Shown: positions 48,301 through 53,004 of the stretch, one piece after another
Layout of the letters: each line of letters opens with the position of its first letter
Position numbering within the stretch: the stretch's first letter is position 1
Assembly (NCBI GenBank): GCA_029219165.1
Contig: JAQXSW010000015.1
Coordinates: 14,487 to 78,486, forward strand
From: Oscillospiraceae bacterium
GTDB taxonomy: Bacteria; Bacillota; Clostridia; Oscillospirales; Acutalibacteraceae
Length of the DNA: 64,000 nt
Direction: 5' to 3'
Position numbers and translations under genes: made by a program
Notes under the pieces: model-generated
What the model saw: the letters and a program-made list of their open reading frames with translations, nothing else
Databases searched by the model: none
What the model was told of the DNA's origin: nothing

Positions 48301-48563
48301 CTCTCATCATCCTTTATGATGTCTGACCACAAACCAATATCAAGGGTGTATGAACCATCTCCATTATCCTTGAGGTCTGAATCATAATTAATGTTTGCAT
48401 CATCAAAACCAATTCTGCCGGCATCTGATGCAGATAAAGCACTAGCTTTAGTAATCGGTCCAACAATAGCAAATGTTGAGATAAATAATGCAAATACAAC
48501 TACAATTGCAATGATACGATCATGCAATCTATATGTAGCATTACTCTTTCCAGCTTTGACCAT
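36396..48563 (-). CDS. Giant cell-surface protein / adhesin (4055 aa)
   Basis: Single uninterrupted 12.2-kb ORF with SD TAGGAGGGG and an N-terminal signal/TM (IIAIVVVFALFISTFAIVGPITKASA). Modules are two glycine-rich domains, MucBP-like and Listeria-Bacteroides-repeat-like segments, many Ig-like modules, an MBG-like module and five CnaB/SdrD-like repeats. The C-terminus has a hydrophobic segment and a KKRKDEEEENY tail. Confidence 0.9.
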   Translation of the reverse strand: MVKAGKSNATYRLHDRIIAIVVVFALFISTFAIVGPITKASALSASDAGRIGFDDANINYDSDLKDNGDGSYTLDIGLWSDIIKDDESKDSTKSSDGYFEAQFSGDYLVELWGGNGADGSDTKYNHGGNGGKGGHLYGVITLNKGDILYYNIGGNGVQTEKEDEGGGANGSGGGHGNLGSYKVGGGGGYSAVYLFHNGSEANTFKTTYLDIDGNLVKTKIDESDRTSKYIMIAAGGGGGGAGDGFILGYKPTGTADGGNGGSVNGSNIRTVANGYVFDGQDGKSSGKKTSYIGKGATDVPGEITKDFGLGIIKGDKPNDWAATYNNELPGGAGAAGDLRGGAGGAGYCGASGGNMASLISPGYIGGGGGGSSYISNLFTYNASSITDDIKNKESSSSTGGAVDITFIGADKTMNPTKDFSWLNELTFTANASKYFNVTASSTDGIAEVSGQQITLKNAKLGEDGKVHLILTFTPKTAFMGGNNVNLFENTTTPEITVNNKNSTKTSSIDLSNDVSYVNVPLQNFEAIGNTLEIMGGEDVATNTLYEDNMASVRTTYQSNAMYDFIGGISSYWVKDAEETALITESTVSPLDSTVYTVGYTVSPKYSAAIIGTPVTATDIKTIAFVDVISEIELNGIIYKTRKIIEYDESTKTYSLIVTLNSSTRADKDSGVWVNEDELTIKQQMAPASNVPTSVTQTAIGSYSFTVPVNGYYLIQAWGANGGNGADTIRYNNSNTFATSRGGTGATGDYVYGYQYLTKGTVISYNVGAQGVSRSVVRQNEDEVTGTGGSGGGSSIVEFNGVGLVAAGGAGGGGSAVTAPGLSTQQSNDLTHGGTYRADDRPNELVCNGVDAVSTYTMADTFTSAKSSVSTDGAPGTSYSEKTILGPKGTWWAKGGAAGTNALSFNGLTTDVNAIESAAIVYKTLPNDAKQAVIDAASSSKDSSAGNNGCVKIALIQEDRYTADQIKQLLGERLTDITLDYELSNYFGLVSFEKSNYTIDDVIFTVENENDLEKTTATLPEVSWTIKFKPINGFLGGNVVPDLFYNGTKAYATGMVAKQDDSKNADIGDDVADVPKNITTDYVNYKLTNPFSASVVTEEKRVQYGTVVPINDLFSVTDNWPNSSTLLDDYVLKVLDTDFPNGGYTATANKTFTYKYGIMPTSATSKAKADKLVNADEKTLTSSVVVFCGVTTNLTNMEYDGPTEVDLGSALRAYVTPEAGYGAPDNVDVKVNGVTIANYTYDKTTGELVIPDSEVSGNIEISGTGVVKTYTLKYRGYDENNALVATKDTSYLAGSAITDETASLYNPRIDLKGFKYVWDWQTDDGNPLSTMPATNYWVVGSYEPLFYTVQIKYVDTDGNEIASKYEKDVWYTYEDSVNSPDVAGYKLVNSSDVKVNISIDEEFADAHAENDVVLYKTVVYELSDHNLSVKHTYTDTNETFDISYEKVNPGSTYNVPAKTIPGYVSDVSSISGIMGSDKINAEIKYSPATYTVSFDVDGNPYGTPITVTFKDEYGTLPIPVKAGKNFDGWYTESGNLVTSTTEVTTTSDHTLYAKWIELPEFTVSQTPTVWTNGTVSFELIGTNTEVDYNDVTFYYSLDNGTTYTAMSGNTLDVTDEGVTNVKFKAVIDTREYISSSYVAKIDKTAPSASVSITTSVVKTILGGLFEKYFNDTVNAIITSSDALPVGIDKSGVAKVEYYVANNATTILTEAELNALSDSYWTEGSSVSVDPDKQAVIYARVTDNAGNVSYAASYGFITDKTVPEISDTNNVNNRWFKDGEIIKVHVVDLLAGLETVQVKVGEGAYSDASVDAEGNISIAISSLNEGSNVVTVKAIDNSKNLKELALTIGRDNTAPTGEIIVDTNSWTSLLNSLTFGLFFNSTQDVTITAADIDGSGVRRIEYYVTDQLLDANALDTVTTWTTYTDGSLSLNPDGKYIVYAKLIDKVDNHSYISTNGIVVDTFGPTLTVAYDYDSTWVNTNQTITGNVEKHYADVEKVTYSYTANGVEKTGTLTFDADGDFSLPVIDNGQYVVTFKALDKAGNVEREVKTVTVWKDSEKPTISVSTASTDWVTEDSATVNVTSVGVSGVGSVQYRKSGDEGWTVITDDGSGYKVPITENGTYEFRSISKSGEISDIASVTYSKIDNTVPVLSVSAQSNSKTYNYSTAPWTNDDVIFTLSNTADTLAPVTYKYKVSTDSDYLELDSNTFTDSQNGKTTYEVVAISASGVESAPVTVKASVDKENPTGSVSVGTNFWTEFVSTVDFLNIFYKDPVAVTVDGTDTVSGISGKYYLIDHDGRTLEYIKTLTTGWTTYSGSSFTIENENNYVIYVMLIDKAGNKTYLSTNGIKIDKTEPTINVSYAEGDWDVSSTVEIPVTVVDDANGCGVDETSISYTYSSTAPSGFAGTTKIVSSSSFTIPNSDVPDGEYTITVSAADKVGNIKIRDIQIRRDSSGITVVAKPQDVTVTYGDATATFVINAKSTSSLTYQWEKYDETSDTWQTIDGATGNSYTVSNPSVVENNGDKYRVILTSAAGWTEVDTAAILKVEKRLIVVSPDDQSVDYGQDDAELTYTYSGVVGSDPVVFTGSFERTPGEDVGSYVISSKDFALDQTVEVNGNYYIEVNPTTANYEITTYNPGVVATLENKIAGENGWTISEVQITAPTGYKISTSNSTDSSNTWSDYITVPDGEYGSGVEYYLRNVKEGDAHEGSISVKLVTSGFKQDTVSPIAKVTVSESNLKKILNELTFGHFFNDKVGVDITNENGTDISGLTYSYYVSTSDTILSDSDLNALLAGDWTDGTGVSVDPDTKAIVYARVKDGAGHTSYARSYGFVTDATNPTLTDINSANGKWITDETSNVSVSVSDSLAGLDTVEYTVNSGTTVTATVSDGKIQIPASALSGGVNTVVVKAIDNSSNEAIITLTLKKDTVTPTVDASANNTGIAQSRTISVTPTVGESNIKSVTIKKPDGTVIDITNTYMNGFVATDNGEYLVTITNGAGETAQDIVTVSNVDTSKPVASVSIGSYTEGEWSTSPVTISVDNTNSNNLGTTTYKYSTDGGNTWLDMPNGSLTLYDGTNGTYLVKAISESGVESDPVSVNVKIDTSAPTGKITVDSSFWEELLSTITFGIYKNDKVIVKIEGTFDISGQKSIEYIKTTDVITSNADIANRTDWREYTGSFEIPAVDQSKFVIYAKLTDNAGNVTYVSSDGHVFDLTDPVITVSSNTSATTADDGTTYADRTVTVSDSNLDTVKVYKDGVEVTPPPQILNGTATIDIPNDGSTYEIVATDKGGNAVSITVNTKTVDDFIDELDDSWAEPTAPTENNLKDAINNIDNFVDAEDNNLTQEEKDKLQQKRDELLSQYAEKISNRYGIVVIDVESDVVDIDDDAVKATLKKFIDGDDVEKFLDGQRVEVVMTVKEAPGDSYNEAKAESEGNVVIKHVEVKIVKNVYADASDTNPDTTTILTTTSEDIEFSISADVYAKAGRVFFVYRDHLNTSTKHADTDPDLSDDIVGFKSNLFSIFTLAYVPDATVTGNVTGKDDKPINKAIVELLDDSGNPILDDNGNPITTKTDEDGNFTFDNLPDGDYKIKVTTPDGSETTTEPVTVNPNGTSTPADISFNNYKTVGDISGTVVDKDGNPVPGAIVDLLDKDGNPVYDQNGDPMTTTTDEDGNYIFKDVPEGDYKVKVTPPDGNTPTTSDDITIQNGNAEGEDISLDNYQVYTDVSGTVVDKNGDPVKDAIVNLLDKNGNPVLDANGNPITTTTDENGKYKFKNVEIGEYQIEVIAPHPDVDGNTDTTTTKINVANGDVKDEYGNSYPSSTGVTSKLENYEAFTDITGNVTDKNGKPAEGILVELLDKDGKPVLDKDGNPITTKTDENGDYIFSHIPDGEYIVKINSPVEEDDDVEAPVTVENGTVTGNTDTKFDNYNAFCDIKGNVKADNGVPQSGVKVELLDKDGYPITLVDGTPLVTYTDKNGNYTFKDVPNGTYQIRVTLPDGRTEIKTVVIENGQVPLAYAPNFEFEVVANTGDDKSILSSLALLVVSVFGSTLFVKKRKDEEEENY
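36519..37985 (-). repeat. Five tandem CnaB/SdrD-B-like (carboxypeptidase-regulatory-like) coding repeats of about 96-111 aa
   Basis: The unit recurs five times: (S/T)G(N/T)V.DK.G.P...A.V.LLDK.GNP..D..GNPITT.TDE.G.Y.F..(V/L)P.G.Y.(I/V).V. Confidence 0.75.
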
Positions 48564-48762
48564 ACTGAAACCCCTCCTAAATTAATATCAATAATTTGAT
48601 TGACGCCCGTTTTTTGGACATAAATTAACTATATTATATATTATCATTATATATCATAAATATATATTATATATTAATATATAACAATAATCAAGCCTGA
48701 CACTTGGTTATAATATACAAACTCCTTACATTCATTTTAACAAATTATGACCAAACAACCAC

Positions 48763-48800
48763 AAAAAAACCGAATTAGAAAATTACTAATTCGGTCTTTT
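48763..48800 (-). terminator. Rho-independent terminator after the ABC transporter operon (bidirectional shape)
   Basis: 10-bp perfect stem ACCGAATTAG / CTAATTCGGT with a 7-nt loop, between an A7 run and a T-run. Confidence 0.65.
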
Positions 48801-48809
48801 TGTAGTTAT

Positions 48810-49583
48810 TTAATTTCCACATTCAATACTTATTTCATTGAAGACTTTCAGAAGATCATCTACACTTGTATTCTTCTTATTCTCTCCGGCTTTATCTACA
48901 ATTACATTACCCTTATCCATCATGAGTATTCTGTCACCGTATTCAACGGCATAACGAAGATTATGGGTAACCATCATTGCTGTCAAATTCTTCTCCTGAA
49001 CAATTTTTCCTGTAAGTTGCATAATTATTTCAGCAGTCTTTGGGTCAAGAGCTGCTGTATGCTCATCAAGGATGAGAAAATCCAGCGGTGTCATGGTTGT
49101 CATAATAAGCGAAAGTGCCTGACGTTGTCCACCGGACAACGAACCTACGCGCACATTCAGCTTATCCTCAAGACCGAGTCCAAGAATTTCAAGCTGAGAG
49201 CGATAAAAATCCACTCGGTCTTTATTGACACCGCGTGAAAGTCCGAAGGGCTTTCCCTTGTTATCAGCAATTGACATATTTTCAAGAATTGTCATTGTAG
49301 GGCAAGTTCCGACAGCCGGATTTTGATAAACACGTCCAATGTATTTATATCTTTTATATTCAGGAACATTGGTAATATTTTTTCCATTTATTATTACCTT
49401 GCCACTGTTTACGGGAATACTGCCGCAAACAATATTAAGCATAGATGTTTTACCAGAGCCGTTACTTCCTACAATGGAAACAAATTGTCCATCCGGAACG
49501 GTTAAATTAAACTTGTCAAAAAGACATAGTTCGGTTATTTCACCCGGATTATAAGTCTTACAAATATCTAAGAGTTCAAGCAT
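48810..49583 (-). CDS. ABC transporter ATP-binding protein (TrpZ-like)
   Basis: Walker A GSNGSGKTS, signature LSGGQRQ and Walker B LILDEHT. The start at 49583 follows GAGGGAGG and overlaps the permease stop. Confidence 0.85.
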   Translation of the reverse strand: MLELLDICKTYNPGEITELCLFDKFNLTVPDGQFVSIVGSNGSGKTSMLNIVCGSIPVNSGKVIINGKNITNVPEYKRYKYIGRVYQNPAVGTCPTMTILENMSIADNKGKPFGLSRGVNKDRVDFYRSQLEILGLGLEDKLNVRVGSLSGGQRQALSLIMTTMTPLDFLILDEHTAALDPKTAEIIMQLTGKIVQEKNLTAMMVTHNLRYAVEYGDRILMMDKGNVIVDKAGENKKNTSVDDLLKVFNEISIECGN

Positions 49584-50472
49584 GTGCGGCACCTCCCTCT
49601 TTTTCTCTGTTTCCAATTATTAAAATAACGAGGAAAAGTACAGCGGTAACAAATTTCAAGAGATTTGCAGGAAGCCCCATTGTAATTGCAATTTGAATAC
49701 AAGCCTTATAAAGAACACTACCTACAAGTGCGCAGGTTGTGCCTTTAACAAAACTCATTTTTTTGAAAATTGTTGTTCCTATAATAACTGTTGCAAGGGC
49801 AAACACAACCTGACCTGTTCCCATAGTGCTTGAGAAAGAACGTTGTTCTTGTGCAACAATACATCCGGAAAGGGCAACTAAGGCATTGGCAATAACAAGT
49901 CCTATAATTTTCATACTACCCTTGTCTTTTGCCATAGATGTAACAAGAGTTGCGTTATCTCCAACCGCTCTTAGAAGTATACCGTTCTTCGTCTTGAAAT
50001 AAAGGTCAATTAAAATTTTAAATATAAAAACTAATAAGAGTGAAACAATAAGTTTTCTATAAAGAAGAGAAAGATTTCCTAAAACAGCCATTGTTGGAGC
50101 TGCTGTAAAGATTGTCTCCATATCTCTTCCAATACTTAAATTAGAGCCGGCAATTTGAAGATTTATTGAAAACAATGCAGTCATTGTAATAATACCGGCA
50201 AGAAGATCACGAACCTTAAATTTTACATGTATAATACCGGTACAGAGTCCTGCCAAGGCACCTACCAAAATGGATATTGGTATGGTTAAAAACGGATTAA
50301 CTCCCTTTGTAATTAAAACTGCAGTAACTGCCGCACCTAACGGGAAACAGCCATCTACCGTAAGGTCAGGAAAGTCCAGTATTTTATATGTTATGTATAC
50401 GCCATAGGACATTATTGCATATACAAAGCCCTGAATTAGCGTTGCTACTATAAGGTCAATAACTTCGTTCAC
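49576..50472 (-). CDS. ABC transporter permease
   Basis: GTG start. It is a polytopic membrane protein of about 8 TM, encoded between the binding-protein and ATPase genes. Confidence 0.85.
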   Translation of the reverse strand: MNEVIDLIVATLIQGFVYAIMSYGVYITYKILDFPDLTVDGCFPLGAAVTAVLITKGVNPFLTIPISILVGALAGLCTGIIHVKFKVRDLLAGIITMTALFSINLQIAGSNLSIGRDMETIFTAAPTMAVLGNLSLLYRKLIVSLLLVFIFKILIDLYFKTKNGILLRAVGDNATLVTSMAKDKGSMKIIGLVIANALVALSGCIVAQEQRSFSSTMGTGQVVFALATVIIGTTIFKKMSFVKGTTCALVGSVLYKACIQIAITMGLPANLLKFVTAVLFLVILIIGNREKEGGAAHA

Positions 50473-50485
50473 GTTGATTCCTCAC

Positions 50486-51457
50486 TTATTCTGCAGCTAA
50501 AGCATCAATTGCCTTTTCCTGAATATCTGTTGGAAGAGAAATATTGAATTTCTTAAGCTGATCATTGTTTATATAAGTCTCATACTCTGAAATTGTTTCA
50601 TACTTAATATCTGAAGCTTTTGCTTCGCCCTTAAGGATTTTTGCTGCCATTTCACCGGTTTGAATTCCAAGCTTTATGTAGTCAATACCTGCAGATGCCA
50701 CACAACCTTTTTTAACCTGCTCAATTTCTGAACCGTAAACAGGAATACCTGCTTCGTCTGTCTTTTCAAGGATAGAAGCAAGAACGCCAACTACGTTGTT
50801 GTCTGTAAGGTTTGAGAAACAATCAACATTCTTTGAAATAAGAGTTTCTGCTGCCTGAACAGCTTCTGCCTGAGCAGTAATGCCAATCTCTTCAATTGTA
50901 AGACCATACTCAGGAGCCTTCTCCTTATATTCTGCTATTGCAGAAACTGAGTTTGGCTCTGATGTTGTATAAATAATACCTACTGTTTTTGCGTCCGGTT
51001 GAAGAGCTTTAATAAGTTGAAGTTGTGCTTCAACAGGTAGTTTATCTGATGTTCCGGTAATGTTACCTTTATCCAGTTTTGCTGCAACAGGATCTGTTAT
51101 TGCAGTGAAAATAACCGGAATGTCCTTGTCCTCTGCTGCCGCAAAACAAGCTGTAGCTGAAGGGGTTGCAATAGCACACATAAGGTCATAATTTTTTGAA
51201 GAAAAGTTTTGAGCAATTTGTGTTGCTGTTGCATCATCAAAATTCGCATTTTGATAATCTACAGTAAAATCTTTTCCTTCAACAAGTCCGGCATTTTTAA
51301 GTCCGGTAAGGAAACCTTCGCGGCAATTGTCAAGCGATGAATGCTCACCATATTGTGAAATACCAATTACAGGTATCTTGGCCTTCTCGTTATTTGAACA
51401 AGCTGCAAAACTAAATAAAAATGTAAGTGTAAGAACAATAGCTAAAATCTTTTTCAT
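50486..51457 (-). CDS. ABC transporter substrate-binding lipoprotein (ABC_sub_bind/BMP-like family, TrpX-like)
   Basis: It has a lipobox (LFSFAAC|S) and a periplasmic-binding-protein fold. It is the first gene after a Trp-specific T-box. Confidence 0.8.
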   Translation of the reverse strand: MKKILAIVLTLTFLFSFAACSNNEKAKIPVIGISQYGEHSSLDNCREGFLTGLKNAGLVEGKDFTVDYQNANFDDATATQIAQNFSSKNYDLMCAIATPSATACFAAAEDKDIPVIFTAITDPVAAKLDKGNITGTSDKLPVEAQLQLIKALQPDAKTVGIIYTTSEPNSVSAIAEYKEKAPEYGLTIEEIGITAQAEAVQAAETLISKNVDCFSNLTDNNVVGVLASILEKTDEAGIPVYGSEIEQVKKGCVASAGIDYIKLGIQTGEMAAKILKGEAKASDIKYETISEYETYINNDQLKKFNISLPTDIQEKAIDALAAE

Positions 51458-51590
51458 AATAAAAACTCCCTCTTAAAGATAAATAACGTTAAATAATAAT
51501 ATGATTTAAAATTGGATAAAAATATTTTGATTTTAATTTCGATTACGCCATCGTTTTGAAAGAATTTTCATTTTAATCACCTGTTTTTTA

Positions 51591-51630
51591 TAATAAAAAA
51601 GTCCCAGAATCCTCTATAGGATTCTGAGAC
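51591..51630 (-). terminator. T-box-controlled intrinsic terminator
   Basis: GTCTCAGAATCC-TATAGA-GGATTCTGGGAC forms 12 bp and is followed by TTTTTTATTAT. Confidence 0.8.
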
Positions 51631-51862
51631 GAAATTACAATTCCGCGGTACCACTCAGTTTGGCTGCGCCCTCTTTTAATGTACTGACATACACTCCGCT
51701 TGTTAACGATTGCGGGTACCGTCGGTTACTACTAAGCTTACGCTTTTCGGCCGCCCTCCTAAGTCCATTCATTACAAGTCGTTTTGCTACAATTCCACCG
51801 GCTGTAGCTCTCTTTGAAAACGATGTTTGTAACTACTACTCTTAGTCATCGGTTTTTCAATA
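51591..51862 (-). promoter_or_regulatory. T-box riboswitch leader, tryptophan specifier (UGG)
   Basis: All elements are on the minus strand. Stem I has the K-turn CGAUGAC...GAGG, the S-turn AGUAGUAG, the AG bulge AAAGAGAG and the distal loop GCCGGUGGAAU. The specifier loop is GAA-UGG-A, with the codon at 51767..51765. The T-box motif AAACUGAGUGGUACCGCGG is at 51661..51643, and its CUGAG can pair with the 5' arm of the terminator. Confidence 0.85.
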
Positions 51863-51869
51863 TGAATGA

Positions 51870-51898
51870 ATTATAAAACCATAACAAAAAAATGTCAA
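51870..51898 (-). promoter_or_regulatory. Consensus sigma-A promoter for the T-box leader (TTGACA-17 nt-TATAAT)
   Basis: The minus-strand boxes are at 51898..51893 and 51875..51870. Confidence 0.65.
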
Positions 51899-51905
51899 CA
51901 ATTTT

Positions 51906-52790
51906 TTATTCTCTTTTGGAAGACTCATTACCAAAATGAAAAATTGCAAGCATAGAAGGACCTGTATGTGCTCCTATAATCGGACTTAACATCATTACTT
52001 TTACGTCTGCATTTGGATTTATCTCAAGAACTGATTTTTTTAGGTGTTCTGCATGTTTTTTACTATCTGCATTAACAATATAAACGCGCTCACCCGGTTC
52101 TTTATTCGATGTTTCTTTATACCTTTCAACAAGTTCAGCCATAGCAAGCTTTGAACCACGTTTCTTTCCAATATTTACAAGTTTTCCCTCTTCATTGGCA
52201 CTTAATATTGGCTTAATTCCAAGTGCTGCGCCCAAAACTGCAGTTTTAGCAGAAACTCGTCCACCTCTTTTCAAATACATAAGATCATCTACCATAATCC
52301 AATGTTGTATGAGTCGCTTATGTTCTTCAAGCCAGTTTGCATTTTCTGTAATAGACATTTTTTCATTTCTGTTTTTTACTGCTGCTTCAATAAGCAGTCC
52401 CATACCTGCAGATCCGGAAAGACTGTCCACACAAACAACCTGTGATTCATATCTTTCGTTCAACTCATCTGCCGCAATTAAAGATGAATTGTATGTTCCG
52501 GACAAGCCGCTGGAAAGAGAAATATAAAGGATTGATTTTCTGCTTTCAAGAAACGGTTCAAACACATCTATATAATTTTGGGGTGAAATTTGACTGGTTT
52601 TTGTTAAATCACCATGCCTTTGACCTTCATAGAATTTCTTTAAAATCTTTTCACTTTCAATTCCTAAACAAACACGTTCCTCTTCACCTATTGTGTAATT
52701 CATTGAAACAAAGTGAATACCATTCTTTTTTGCAAAACTTGGATCAATATCAGCGGACACATCTGTAAAAATTATATAGTCATTTTTCAT
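51906..52790 (-). CDS. degV: DegV-family fatty-acid-binding protein
   Basis: The motifs IIFTDVSADI... and YISLSSGLSGTYNS are typical of DegV. Length is 294 aa. Confidence 0.85.
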   Translation of the reverse strand: MKNDYIIFTDVSADIDPSFAKKNGIHFVSMNYTIGEEERVCLGIESEKILKKFYEGQRHGDLTKTSQISPQNYIDVFEPFLESRKSILYISLSSGLSGTYNSSLIAADELNERYESQVVCVDSLSGSAGMGLLIEAAVKNRNEKMSITENANWLEEHKRLIQHWIMVDDLMYLKRGGRVSAKTAVLGAALGIKPILSANEEGKLVNIGKKRGSKLAMAELVERYKETSNKEPGERVYIVNADSKKHAEHLKKSVLEINPNADVKVMMLSPIIGAHTGPSMLAIFHFGNESSKRE

Positions 52791-52904
52791 ATGTTAGGTT
52801 CCTCTTTTAAAAATCTTTTTCAAAAGTTTACATTAAATATTCGTTTAAATTGTAAAATAATGGTAAATACATTATTTATTAACCGTAAATTATTATTTTT
52901 ATTC

Positions 52905-52933
52905 TTTACAAAATCAACAAGATTATATATACT
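52905..52933 (+). promoter_or_regulatory. Candidate promoter for pckA (TTTACA-17 nt-TATACT)
   Basis: The boxes are at 52905..52910 and 52928..52933. Confidence 0.4.
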
Positions 52934-53004
52934 CTTATGGTGATAAGTTAAAAATTTAACAAAGTTATTTTTTTAACAAACCTATTATGAAAAGAGGTAA
53001 AATA

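Noticed and set aside
47068-48310. Alternative-frame ORFs (136 aa plus strand, 126 aa minus strand and others) within the glycine-rich part of the giant gene
   Set aside because: GGN-rich coding sequence lacks stop codons in several frames. The giant frame has the SD, the signal peptide and coherent domain structure.
48600-48745. Possible CRISPR array or tandem repeat in the TA-rich region
   Set aside because: There is no regular repeat-spacer periodicity, only low-complexity TA-rich sequence, and no cas genes.
48747-49238. 163-aa plus-strand ORF overlapping the ABC ATPase gene
   Set aside because: It is antisense to a gene with Walker A/B and signature motifs.
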